A stretch of DNA of 59,641 bases, filler included, from Sphacelaria rigidula (GCA_964200075.2; 10 parts of 10 records of this genome joined end to end with filler, not necessarily neighbours in it); one strand, 5' to 3'; shown: positions 37,520 to 50,331, counted from the whole stretch's first letter. Numbers and translations: made by a program. The notes: a model not told the origin generated them from the letters alone.

Positions 37520-38655
37520 TGTATACTGGACTGTACAATACCGTGCAGGACAGTACCATATCGTGCTTGTACACGTGCGGTGCAATATACTGCAGAGTTA
37601 GCGTGGCATATGCACCATGTATGGCTATACAAAGTGGATGCCTGTAACTTTGGTACATGGGGGTGTTACATACCGTCAGCTACTGCAGTATACATAACGA
37701 CACGCGTTATTGCAGCATGCGCACAACTGCAGTCAGCAGGACGTGAAAGGAAAGCGGACAAATCACAATGCAGACAGCGCAGGATTATATATGTTTTCTG
37801 TTTACAGTGCGACGCGAACATGACTTGAACAGCATGCGCAGCTTTGTCTGCCTACACTGTTCCATGAGTGTGTATGCAACGAGCCGGTTATTCTCCGCAT
37901 TGACCATGAAAGGAGATGCGCTCAAGTTTAAGTTTCCAAGAAGGAATACATCATACCCAACTTCGGCATTGTGTATCTATATCCCTGTGCCCAACTCGTG
38001 CTCTTTGCTGCAGGGTTGTGGTGGTAACTGGAAAGAAGTATTGTGCGGTGTGTATGTTTCGATCTATGAACGTGGCGGATGATACATCTATATCTGGCGC
38101 GATGGTCCGTAAAGCACCACAAGATTGCTGGGGTCCCAAAGGCGCCCTGGACACAGTTAAGACACAAGTGTCGTTCAGAGGTTTGGTGCTGTGCAAACTC
38201 CAGAGGTAAATATACACACTGGAGAGTATTGTTTCCCCAAATTTCCCCAGAGGCACCTTTTGTAAAATTATGTGCTCAAGGGAATAAGATACCCTCTCGC
38301 GACTTCGTTTACTGTCCACTTCAGAGGCATCATGAACCACCAGAGGGTATTTCATCCTCCGGAGGGCCATTTTCCCTCCAGAGGATGAAAATCACGATAC
38401 AGGATTTTCAAACAGGAGCCAAATGGCCGCGTGTGTGACGGTATATAGTACTCCCTGTACCCAAACGTACAGGCAACAAAATTTCATACCCCTACAAAGC
38501 GCGCATGCCGCGCTAACTCTGCAGTATGGGGCATGCATCACACGTTCCTGCACGGTATGGTGCTGTCCTGCACGGTATGGTGCTGTCCTGCACGGTATGG
38601 TGCTGTCCTGCACGGTATGGTGCTGTCCTGCACGGTATTGTACAGTCCAGTACAG
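37520..38655. mobile_element. Foldback/MITE-like element with diverged inverted arms (~37520-37680 and ~38435-38655)
   Basis: tactggactgtacaataccgtgcaggacag...atactgcagagttagcg...taccgtca is mirrored by tgacggta...cgctaactctgcagtat...ctgtcctgcacggtattgtacagtccagta. Confidence 0.7.
38546..38638. repeat. Perfect 20-bp tandem repeat (tcctgcacggtatggtgctg), about 4.5 copies
   Basis: Directly visible, with no spacers between units. Confidence 0.95.
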
Positions 38656-39026
38656 CACTATACCGTGCTTGTTACTATTGTTGTTGTGATCGCTTTGGTG
38701 TGTCATTTTGATAGACCCTGGACTGGGGGGGTTTCAGGATCCATATGTATACACCTGGAAGGTACATACTGTTCATACCCCATCACCAGCTGAAGCTTCA
38801 TAGCACGACTGTGTAGACATACACTCGTAATCAGTGTATGGGATATGAATGCAGCAGAGGCTGTTGAAAACTTCTCCCTTTGCCCAATAGATATCTGAAT
38901 TGGGGGGCAAGAGGATGAGTTCTCAACAAACTCTGCTGCCTCTACAATCTCATACGAGCTGGGCCAGCTTAGAGGCGAGTTTGTCGTTTGCAGGCCCATT
39001 TGCCGGCCAATATTTAGAGTTGGACC

Positions 39027-40507
39027 TGTGACGCCAGCCAGTGAAAGAACTGCTGGATCACTGCTGTTGAGGGACTCCCCAGTCTTACTGGCCCCAGTTT
39101 CGGTTGTCAGCCTTTACAACATCTCATATTATCGGAGTGACCTTCCAAGGCACCAGCTTTCCAGACACGCAAGTACCATCTCCGTGCCCCCGATCATTAT
39201 TCAGAATCATCTAGAACCCCCGTGCCCTTAGTCATTATTCATACCATCACTACCAACTCAACGTAAGGGCGTATTTTCGTCACAGCCCCCCCAAAGCGCG
39301 TAGACGTGAGGGGTCCTCGTCGGGGCTGGAATTGCCGAATTTTGAGGAAGGCAACTATGTCTTGTATGCACGCGTGAGTCGTCCGGGTGTCACGCCCGAG
39401 TCGATGGCGACGTGAACTGGTCCGAGTAAAGTGGTTGGTGCTCACCACTCACACGTGTTTGAGATTCAGAACATTGTTTAGGGTCGTGTTCAGACCGCCC
39501 ATGTAGCGTTCGGATTTTCCGTGAAGTACTTCTCTAAATTGGAGAGGATGGGCTCCACCCGCTCCAACGTCGTTTTCCCCCGAGAATTCATGGTGACAGC
39601 TTTCGCCACGGCCGCGGAGGCTTGGGTCAGATCTACCTCAGCGCCGGCCGCACGCCTAGCATGCTTTTTGATCGCCTCAACCAATTGCGGCGGGGTGATA
39701 GTGCTCTCATCATGTTCCAAATGAGCGAACACTCTCTGTACATGAGTTGGCACTTGTTGGGCCATTGTCACCACCTGATGCCGCACGTCATCCCCTGCAT
39801 TAGCGTGCTCCACACGCTTCTTGTATTCCAAATACCTCGTGTAAAAGTGCGAGATGCACTCTCTGAGTACCTATCTCCGTATTAGGGAGGTCGCAACTCG
39901 TCCCGCATGACCACGGGCGTCGCACTGGACGTATTTCGCGAACCGGTCACCATAGCTGTAACCAGTCACCTGCGAACTTTCACAGGCCAGCGGACTTTCG
40001 CGAATTGCACACTTTCATTGCTTTGTCGCCGCACCACACAGTCGTAGGAGCCTCCAAACTCCCGCTGCACGCAGCTTCAGTAAGTCTACAGTCTGGATCA
40101 ATCACAGGCCAGCCGCCTTTCTGCAGCTGCCTCAGCTGGAACCCTCCTCACGCGTCCGTGGTTTATCAGGTTTCCACAGCTACCAGACTCCTTCCGCCGA
40201 ATTCCTTTCCAGCAGATTTCTAGCACCAATACTAGCACTAATGTCGATACTGTGACGCCAGCCAGTGAAAGAAATGCTGGATCACTGCTGTTGAGGGACT
40301 CCCCAGTCTTACTGGCCTCAGTTCAGTTGTCAGCCTTTACAACATCTCATTTGATCGGAGTGACCTTCCAAGGCACCAGCTTTCCAGACACGCAAGTACC
40401 ATCTCCGTGCCCCCGGCCATCATCCAGAATCATCTAGAATCCCCGTGCCCCTAGTCATCATCCATATCATCACTACCAACTCATCGTAACGGCGTATTTT
40501 CGTCACA
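39027..40507 (-). mobile_element. Complete non-autonomous LTR element (TRIM/TR-GAG-like), 1481 bp, LTRs 39027-39284 and 40251-40507
   Basis: Both LTRs run TGTGACG...CGTCACA and differ at about 17 of 258 positions by eye. 4-bp TSD GACC. G7 polypurine tract on the minus strand next to the left LTR. Internal ORF 39490-39831 (-) is helical and gag-like. No room for pol. Confidence 0.9.
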
Positions 40508-43500
40508 GACCCTGAAATTCGGTGTAGACAATGAGTAGGGCATGGGAAAAAAAGCGCGTGTATTCCAAGATTTTCTTTTCATGATTTGACGGCATTTTTT
40601 GTGATACCTGAAGACTGATTATTGCCTTGACCTCATGAAAAACAATTTTGGGTACACGTGTGAAATTTGTATTTTGTCCTATTCATGGTTTATACCAATT
40701 TTCAAGGTTCACCTCCGAATATTGGCCGGCGAATGGGTCGTTTGGAATTCGGATCGGTACAAATTTGGAACAGTATTTTGTAGGCCAGTTATCGGCCCAC
40801 GTTTGGTGTTTGCGTACGGTTTTGAATTTTGTGTGGCACCTCGCTAGGGTATAATGGATGAAACAGCGTGGATCAAGTTGGTACTTTTGTTTTTCCACTG
40901 GTTTAGGACGTTTTAGTATGGTAACGACCATTCTTTACGAGAACGCCCCAATCTTTTCCAAAACAAAGGTGAAGACCCAAGTTTTTTCATTCCGCGTACC
41001 TCTGCGGTTCTCCATGCCAAGTTTCAAATCACAGTTCTAAAAATGAATCTAAAAAATTGAGATAAGGCCCAACAGCAATGTTATTTTCTCCTCAAACCTG
41101 CCTTAAAACGAAAAAAATGAAATACACAATGTTTGATTTCTATTATGCGCCAGCGTTTCTCCATTAAAAATTTTACAGCACAACTCTCAACACCTGTGAC
41201 ATGATATCCAGATGTACTTCATCTAGTACCTCTGCTCGTAATATATTGAATGTAGTATGGGACGTTGTGTGCACCATATCTCGAGATTTTTGTTTTCATG
41301 ATTTTTATTTCTTGTCATAGTTTGAACCCCCCCATAGCCTGGTCCGGCGAGAACCCCGCGTGCTCCGTCCCGGCTTCGTAGGGGCGGATCCCCGATGGGG
41401 TTGGCGTCGCTTGGCGATGAAGCTATAAAACACGACGCTCATTACGCAAGCTAGGCAACCAGGTTATCGTTTTTTGGGCGCGCTTGCGGTTCTTGTTTTG
41501 CGGTAACCATGATGGTTGTCGAGCTAGATCATGTTGTGCGGCGTGGGAGAACCACGTGATATTTAAATGGTGAGGCACCTATTAGGCAGTGTGTAAGCTG
41601 TGGCTGTCTCAGGAGGTGGCGATACCAGAAAATAACCCAACTCATTGTAGGCTTCGGGCCGAACAGTCTTAGCAGGATGCAGCTCACCCTTTATGCGACT
41701 CGCCGAGCACACCACGGCGCTNNNNNNNNNNNNNNNNNNNNNNNNNNNNNNNNNNNNNNNNNNNNTTAATTAATTAANNNNNNNNNNNNNNNNNNNNNNN
41801 NNNNNNNNNNNNNNNNNNNNNGATATGTCAAAAATGTACACCGAAATAAAGGAAGAGAGAAGATTATAAAGGACAAAACAGGAAAAGACAGGTGACACAA
41901 GGAGATTAGTATGGCCACCCCGTTAGGATTCGACTCAAAACCAAATAACAATATAATAATAAAGTCAACAAAAGCAAAGCACAGAGAAAAATGGTAGACC
42001 TGAAACAAAAACAAAAAAAAGGAAAAGAAGAGGAAAGTAAATAGCAAATTAGACAGAAAAAAGTAATATCATACCTGAGACATTCTTAAGCTAGGGGTCC
42101 TGATCACTCCCAGCAACCACGCGGGCAGGACTAGCAACACCCCCGCTCCGAGCTCAGCCGATAATACCGTGAGGGGGAACGGGAACACCTGATTAGAAGT
42201 TGCACAGCAACGAATCGCGACAGGTCAGGAGCATTTAACGGAAACGAAACCGTAGACCCGAATAGGAGAGCACCCACGTGAAAACGTGTTTCGAAGATCA
42301 CAAGACAATATACACAAAAACCAAGTGCGGTGACCGTACAACAAGTAGTACAGTAGTGGGCGGTCTAACTATTCATTTTGTGGCATTTTCTAATTTGATC
42401 GTAATTGGCGATTTTCTCGGGCTCTTTTCGCTTGCCATCGCTCATCACATCGGGGATCTGAAGATATTTGTATCCGCTCCACATTCCTAGAAATAAAAAT
42501 GATATGTACTCAATAGTGAGTGACTTACGGGCTGACCGGCCATAGCACGTTTCAGCCTAGATTCTCACTCTTCTGTATCTTCGGTCGATCGAGCCTGTCC
42601 CAAACATCTTTGTGAAAAATGTACAGTTTTAGTTTTTAGAAATTCTACCTACTCATTGCACTAGGGCCGAAAACCTGTGTTTCATGGTCAATAACACCCT
42701 CCTGATAAACGAGGTATTCACTCGTATCGCCCGATAACACCAACTGCCACTGACTTGGCCACTGGGTTCCGAGGATGATCTGTTCATTGTAGCACAATCT
42801 ACCGACGCTAGCAATTTCGAGTTCTATAAAATAGTAGTAGGCGAGGAAATGCCCAAAACACCCCTGAATAGTTGGACCGCCCACTACTGTAATGAAACAC
42901 AACATCTCGAAGGTGCAGTGGCAGTATATCGCACACTGCAAGAAGAGTACACACGGTTCAGACGATTAGAATCGTGATTGAACTCATATTCAATAATGAT
43001 TGTGATTGTACATTTTTGGGTTTGTGATTCGCGCGGTACACCGTCGAAGGTACACGTCTCCAGCCTTCCATTCGTGTGGTATGACTCATGGATACATGTT
43101 CCCCACCTTCCATTCGTATGGATTAACCACAGGTACTGTTTCCAGGGTTGTGTTCTGTAGCGTACGGTTTTCTGTGTACCCGGGGTATTTTGCTGGGTAT
43201 TTACCGTACCCGACAACGGTTCTGTGACTTCTGTAAGACTTTCATACCTTCACTCGATAGTTCTGTAATCTCTGTGAGACTCCCGTACGGTTACCGTGGG
43301 GCACGGGTATGCTCTCGATAATATACCTGATGGCGGGTACGGTTTTCTGTGCAACCTCCGACCCTATCCACAGTTCCAGTCAGTTTTGTAAGCCTCTCAT
43401 ACCCTTACCCGACAGTTCTGTGAAGTCTGTACAGAATATTTACACGTACCCGGAGCGCGAGTATGCTCTTAAAGAAATGCCTGATTTCCGGTACCGATTT

Positions 43501-44272
43501 TCTGTAAGCCTCCTATACCGTACCCGACAAGTTCTGTAATATCTGGAATACTTTCATCCAGTACCGGTACCCGACAGTTATGTGAGCTCTGTAAGCCTTC
43601 CATACCCCTACCAAGGGTTAGGGTATACCGTTATAGATATACTCCATTGCAGATATGAGCACAGGTATATACCTTGGGGAGGTACGAATATAGGTTCAAT
43701 ACAAACACAACCTCATGACCTCAACATGTACCTCCCATCGAAAAACCCACCCAACTCTTTCATTCAAAACTGCACACGAACAATAATTCAATGTTCAAAA
43801 TTTCTTTAGTTTGGGATCTGACAGGATACGAGGTACCGCTGAGAGGAAAAACGAAACATGAGCAGCACTGCAGACCGTCAGGATGGGTTACTCCCAGACT
43901 CGAGTGGTGGCTCGAGCGGGGGCGGTTCATCTGCGTCACCAGGCGATCAAGTAGCACGACGCACGTCATCGACTTTCATGGTGGTTGTGTCGTAGTCATC
44001 AAACCCCAGGCCGTTATATCGGCATGTACAGCACAGATTATGAGCTGCCACCGAAAGTCGTCAAGGCCGTCGGCGATTTTGTCACATGCTGAAGGGCCGC
44101 CAGAGAACGGGCAGCTATGAATGCTCCTTCATGTACTTACTCCCTGGGAGTGTGCGTGAAGTCTTTCTGTACAAACCCTGTGAAGCCGTTCAGAGTTTTC
44201 GTGAACTGTCATCTTTTGCATTTCGCCACTGTTGTGATGACGAAGGTCCCGCCACAGGGGTGATAACAATAC

Positions 44273-44767
44273 CAAGGTTGTGTTCTGTAGGGTACGGTTT
44301 TCTGTATACCCGGTGTATTCGGCCAGGTATTTGCCGTACCCGACAGTTCTGTGAATTCTGTAAAATTTCCATGCCGGTACCCGACCGTTCTGTAATCTCT
44401 CCAAGACCCTCATACCCGTACCCGACCGATAGTTCTGTAAGTTCTGTAAGCCTCCCGTACCAGGGGGGCACGGGTATGCTCTTGATGAGATACCCGGTTG
44501 CGGGTACGGTTTTCTGTGCAACCTCCATACCGTACCCGACAGTTTCTGAGAGTTCTGTACAAAGGCTTTACCCCAACACGAGGGCGGGTACGCCCTAGAA
44601 GAGTTGCCCGATTGCCGGTATCGGTTTCCTGTAAGCCTCCCATACCGTACCCGAAAAGTCCTGTAATTTCTGCGAGACTTTCATACCGGTACCCGACAAC
44701 TCTATGAGTTCCGTAAGGAATCCCATACACTACAGAACGTACCCGTACCTTACAGAGCACCACCTTG
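44273..44767. mobile_element. MITE (~495 bp) with 25-bp TIRs and reiterated subterminal ccgtacccgac/ttctgt motifs; partial copies at 43143-~43615 and ~32385-32530
   Basis: Left end CAAGGTTGTGTTCTGTAGGGTACGG, right end CCGTACCTTACAGAGCACCACCTTG. CA(A/G)GG termini are hAT-like (inference). Confidence 0.8.
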
Positions 44768-45062
44768 CATGTCTCCCTCTATATATTCATGAAGCATGAA
44801 CCATAGGCACATGTTCCCCACCTTCCATTCATACGCCATAAATCGTAGGTACATGTTGTTCCCTTTTCCATCCATGCAGCATGAATCATTGGTACCTTGT
44901 TCCCCGTCTTTCATCCTTTCAAGGTGAATAATTTCTCAATCTCGTTTCATGCAGCATGAATCGTACATACATATTCCCCACCTTCCATTCGTACGAGATG
45001 GATCAAGTGTAAATGTTTCCCACTTTCTACACATGCAGCATGAACCATACAAAATATACATG
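44768..45062. repeat. Degenerate ~39-bp tandem array (catgttccccaccttccattcatgcagcatgaaccatag-like); further blocks at ~43050-43142 and ~45940-46205
   Basis: ccccaccttccat and atgcagcatgaa motifs recur at about 39/78-bp spacing. Confidence 0.75.
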
Positions 45063-47851
45063 ATTACAACCGTTCAGTTCGAATGGCATATATCATGATA
45101 ACATGGCCACCTGCCATTTCATAGAGCGCGACACTTGGTGGCGCGGCTTTTTTGCAGGTGGGGTAGGCAAACAAGGACGTGCAGGTCGCGAACGCCTTCA
45201 GAGCCAAATCCACAACAAACGCATTATCAAGTCTTGTACCCAACACGACACACGAAATGTAGTACAACACACGCATACACGTGCCCCAGAGCGGTTTTTT
45301 CACGGAGCCATTTATTTCCCCGAGCTATACTATTGACAGCCTTGGTAGTTTCATGTGTCTCGAGTCACAGTTCGCCTAAATATACTAGACAAAATATCAC
45401 ATCCACCTGCGAAGACAGCACCAGCAAGAGTCGTTCGCGCATGTTCGCGGGAGTTTTAGGGAAAACTACGGCAGCGTACACTGCAGTCTGTAGACAGTAC
45501 GGTTCAGCATATCACAGCACCCATCTGCCTAGAGCGATTTTTTCAGGTGCTTATTTTCCCGAGGTAAGCTATTGACAGACTCCCTGCGGTTTCAAGTTTT
45601 ATTCTGCGGTACAATTCGTCGAAATACATACTTCCTCTGTCTCATAAGTCTGCGCAGTTATGGGCGTTCAATCGTTTGGGCGTTCCAACGTTTCCGATCA
45701 TCCTATACTTGAGTTCGTTGGAAAGATGAAGCGCCCACGAAGCTGATAAAAAAAAAGAAGTGTCAGTTGTCCATACTAAAATGATATCCAAATATGCCCA
45801 TTTTGGCTCATTTTTGGTCCACGTATACCCCAATATTGGCCAATTTTGGACGTTTTCACGTGGACCGAATATTAGTCTTCACACTAGAATCAAGTTACAA
45901 ACATTATTTCCGACCATTTGGTCATCTCTGTAGCTAGTACGAACCCTTCCATGCAAACGCCATGAATCACAGGTACGCGATCTCCTTCCATCCATGCAGC
46001 ATGAATCCTAGGTGAATGCTCCCCACCTCCCACCCATACGAGGTGAAGCAGGCGTACATGTTTGTATCAGTTTCCTGCCATGCAGCATGAATCATACGTA
46101 CAAGTTCCCCACCTTCCATCCATACGAGATGAGTCAAGCGCACACGTTTCCCAATTTCCGTTCATGCAGCATGAGTCGTACGTGCATGCTCCCCACCTTC
46201 CCTTCACACAAAATTAAGTGTACGTTTTTCTGATCAGCGATTCATACAGGAATTGTAATTCGTACATTTTTTTGAGCTCTCGATTCGTGTGACACTACTC
46301 GGAGTGTACACATCTTCAGTTCGTGATTCGTGCGGGTCGACCTCGAATATACAACTTTATCATCCGTGATTTATCCCGGATGACTCTTTGGTACATGATT
46401 CGCATTCAATTTTCATGTGGAGTCAACCCGAATGAGGTGTGATTCGTCCGAACCGTGAAGAGTACGTCTGAGAAGCGTAAGTAAGATCTGTAGCCCACGA
46501 GAACAGCACACATAGACGAGAGGGTATTTTGAACGTGCACTCGAGGTCGCGATAGCCACTCGGCAATGTGGCCATTCCACACCCTGGACAATATATGATC
46601 GATACTTGCAATAGGCTATAGTTTACGAAATGCACTTTCTTATATTGCAACTATTTACCACACAGTCCAGGGTACGGGTCATTCCGTCTGTCGACAACGG
46701 CTAAACTGGGCAGCGAACACCGTTTCCTTCTGGCGCGTCATAACGCCGTCACACGAGATACCCAAGGATAACGACTTTCGCATACCACAGACCTCAAAAA
46801 TATAACAGACTTTCGGAAACACAAGAGACCTCAGAAACTAAAGCTCGGAAATGGTTTGCCTAACCATTGAAGAGTTGAACGGTTACGCGCAGCGCACTCA
46901 TGAACCAGTTAAATGGTACATGATGGTTTGGTCATGGAGAGGCGCAGCCGCGAGCCAAAAAGCCCCCCCCCCCCGGCAGAGGGGGCCGTCCCGGAGGCAC
47001 GTATTTACGCGATTTGGCTTCACTAGAGCTAAAAAACACGTTACATTTGGACCAATTTTCAATGGTTGTATGTAGCGTACGTAGCCGGTAACGGTAAATA
47101 ATGGCTTGAAACCATTATCCCAAACTTTAATATAACCGTTACCATGATTACGATCATAATGATGATCGCCAGTTATAACTGGAACCATTTCCGAGCTTCA
47201 TCAAAAACATAGACGCAGTGTGCTACACAAGCCTATGCAGTCGGAGTGACCCAAGCTCCACGTCGCCATCCACCTTCAGATGAATCGACTCGGAGCGAAC
47301 CACTGAATTTTTTGCGGAATACAAATAGCAGAGAATGAAAACATCGTCTGATATTTTAACCCGTCCCCCTTCCTCAGGAAGATTGCACAGTCTCACGGAA
47401 TCGACCCTCCCCCACCACGGGTACTACCTGCCCACCATTTTGTCATCGAGGATTGACTTAGCAATGCTGCAAGCGTGTGTTGGGTAGGGCATTTTCTACA
47501 TTTAGGTATCACGAAAAACCGAACTCTTAAGTACCCACAACTTGGGGAGAGCACTGAGATCGTACTATCATACACAATAACCAGATATTGGGTAGAGTAA
47601 TGTTCATCAACAGAGGAACTGCTGCACAGCAGGGTTAGAAAAACTTCACGCGGGCCTGCGCTGGCGCAGATTATTAGGAAAAAGTGGCCGATGCGNNNNN
47701 NNNNNNNNNNNNNNNNNNNNNNNNNNNNNNNNNNNNNNNTTAATTAATTAANNNNNNNNNNNNNNNNNNNNNNNNNNNNNNNNNNNNNNNNNNNNATTCT
47801 CATTAAAGAGCACCAACTTACCAAGCAAGCGCTATTCTGTAGGAACGGGCG

Positions 47852-48420
47852 AGGGGGGGGGGGGTGTACTCATGATGTTGCATACCATAGTCATCTGAGC
47901 ATTGACTTCGCATCCCTACAAAGGTTTTCGCCGGACCGGGCTCGCAATTAGTCACCAAGCGCGAAGTGCCATGGTGTGTCCAGCGAGTCGCATGGAGGTT
48001 GAGCTGCATAATGCTAAGATTGTTCGGCCCGAAGTGTGCTGATTATCTTGCATTTGGATGACAGCCTCGAATGAGTTGCTCCATTCTCTGGTGTTGCCAC
48101 TTCCAGGGACAGCCACGGCGTATACACTGCCTCATGGGTGTCCCACCATGTAAGCACGACGTAGTACGATCATCTCCTTTGCGCAGAGTTGAGGTTCTCC
48201 CACCCCGTACAATATGATCAAGCTCGACCACCGTCATGGTTACCGCAAAAACCACGCGAGAGCACAACACAAATCGGTGACCTGCTTCCCTAGCTTATGC
48301 AGTGAGAGGCGTGTTTACAGCGCCATTGCCAACCGAAGCCGACCCCATATGGGGCTCCGCCCCTAAAAGCCGGGACGGAGCACGCCGGGTCTTCGCCCCA
48401 CCAGGCTATGTAGGGGAAGG
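47852..48420 (-). mobile_element. Non-coding ~570-bp SINE-like element with a LINE-like 3' end and C tail; other copies ~41330-41721 (+), ~14320-14586 (+), ~11775-11850 (+), 53775-53856 (+)
   Basis: Copies share gtggctgtc, caactcatt..aggct, cttcgggccgaaca..cttagca..atgcagctca, atgcgactcgc and end in gtagggatgcga..tcaatg.tc..atgac...agtaca followed by a C run. Confidence 0.75.
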
Positions 48421-48870
48421 GGGCATGAGAAAAATACGAAAATGTCAAGAAACCCTGTCTACACTCCCAAGGAACGCCTCGAACTGTCTTGACGCGCAAA
48501 CCGCCTCGTGGCACGCACGTGATGGGAGAGCCGCATGCAGCGTGCACCTCCAACGACCACCTATTAAGTTACCAGGAACGTTTGTTACTGGTTGCAATAT
48601 ATAGCCATTTCCGCTCAAGATACGATCTTGCATGCTGGATAGCGAAAGTGTATTTATTAAAGTGATCCAAGTCGCCTACAAAGCGATGCTCCGTTGTTGG
48701 CATAAAGATGGCAGCTACGGTAGAGCCGAGATAGCTGGTTCAACAAGAAAATATTGCGAGGAACCCAGCACGTGAATTTCCTGTGACATCGGAGGTAAAA
48801 GGCATGGAGGATAGAGGAGGGTACAACAAAACGGAGGTATTCAAGATATCCATTTTCCGCCTTAATCGAC

Positions 48871-48932
48871 CTAAATCAGTGCTCCATCACCGAAGTCACT
48901 GACTTCATCGAAATCACTGAAATCAACATCAC
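48871..48932 (-). CDS. Hypothetical low-complexity protein, terminal exon
   Basis: tgtag acceptor, phase 1. Encodes GDVDFSDFDEVSDFGDGALI*. Confidence 0.5.
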
Positions 48933-49100
48933 CTACATCACCACCGACCAAACAACATTGCAAGACACCACTATTAATGCAACAGCATCACCAACGACAA
49001 CAAATTGCCGCGGGAAAGGCAAAACAGGGACCCACAGTGACTTTAGTGCGAATACAACACGTTTTGTCCACAAAAGACATACAACAAAAACGTCACGTAC

Positions 49101-49297
49101 CAGGGCACTCTTCATCGGCTTCACCGCTGTCGCCAGCAGGGGACGCGCTAGATTTGCCAAGCCGGTCACCCTTGGTCTTCGCCAGCCGAATATCGTCGTT
49201 ATCCTTGTCGGCTTGTTGTGACGCGCCTCCCCCCGCCCCGGCCACGGCGATGGCTTCCTCTCGAGAAGCCTCGCCTGCTCTTCTCTTGCTGGCGTGC
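49101..49297 (-). CDS. Hypothetical low-complexity protein, exon 4
   Basis: ctacag acceptor, g|gtacgt donor, phases 2/1. Encodes RHASKRRAGEASREE...GEADEECP. Confidence 0.6.
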
Positions 49298-50331
49298 CTG
49301 TAGCAGAGCACCATTGCAACGCATGGTTCGCATCCACGTGCCGTGAGACATGAGATTAACAATACTGCGATATCGAAGGTAGAAGGTAGGATTGCCTCTG
49401 GCCAACTGCTTGTTCGTTTGCACCACACCTTTTTGGACGCAAAGCGACGACAGGCAGGAGGGCTCAATACTTGCAAGTGTTTGATTTGTGGCGCAAGAGC
49501 GATCCTGTTGAGCTATGTATCCTGTGTCGCCAAGCGCTTATTTTTGACAGGGATTGTATACCCTGGCCACCGCTCACAACTTCTCTCTAGCATCATCAAT
49601 GCGACATATTTGGAGACATCGTTGAAACGGAATAAACCTTGAAACCTCATTGTTGGAACTCATTGTTGGCGTCGTCCCTGGCCAGCGACCAAGCACCTCC
49701 TCATCTATATCAATTATATCGAGAAAATTCTATTTCATCTCATCTTGCTATCTCGTCTGCTGCAGCATCTCTTCAACGCAGTCGGTGTGTAAAACGCGTG
49801 CGGTGACGGGTACTACGCCAGCCAGCTGCGTCGACTCCCCCGACACCTCTCGTCGAAACCATCATCGCGCGGAAAAACACTGCAAATATCTCTCGGGGAA
49901 TTTTCGACGAGTAGAGTTGAACGTTTCGCTTCTTTTTTTTCATACCATGGTGAGTGTCGACACGAGTTGCCGACCGGCCCCGAGCTCAACGAAGCCTCTC
50001 GCCAGGGTAGGTGAGGTCAGACACGCATGCTTTCGAAAACTGGTGACATAGTGGACATGGCGTATATTTCAAAATCGTCGCGATAAATTACTAGGAGAAT
50101 GATCACATATGTTTAATTGCCGTAGTCGTAATCCACAGTCCACCCGCAGCCCTTTCCCTCAGTATGGAAGCACACTACGTACTTTTTAAACGGCGGTCAT
50201 TCTCGCGTTTGAACAACAAAAACTGGACGATTACATCGTGCACATGCATGTCAGAAGAGAGCACACGACACTCGAGAACGTGTCGACAAAAACACCACCT
50301 GGGTTTGCAATACACACGAAACAGCGATCAC

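Noticed and set aside
38546..38638. Short regular repeats as a CRISPR array (also 8845-8933, 44768-45062, 54915-55180)
   Set aside because: Units are head-to-tail or degenerate with no unique spacers, there are no cas genes, and the context is eukaryotic.
49400..49870. Additional coding exon(s) in intron 3 of the orphan gene
   Set aside because: Coding-like phrases on the minus strand are interrupted by several stops, and exons 3 and 4 join in phase without them.
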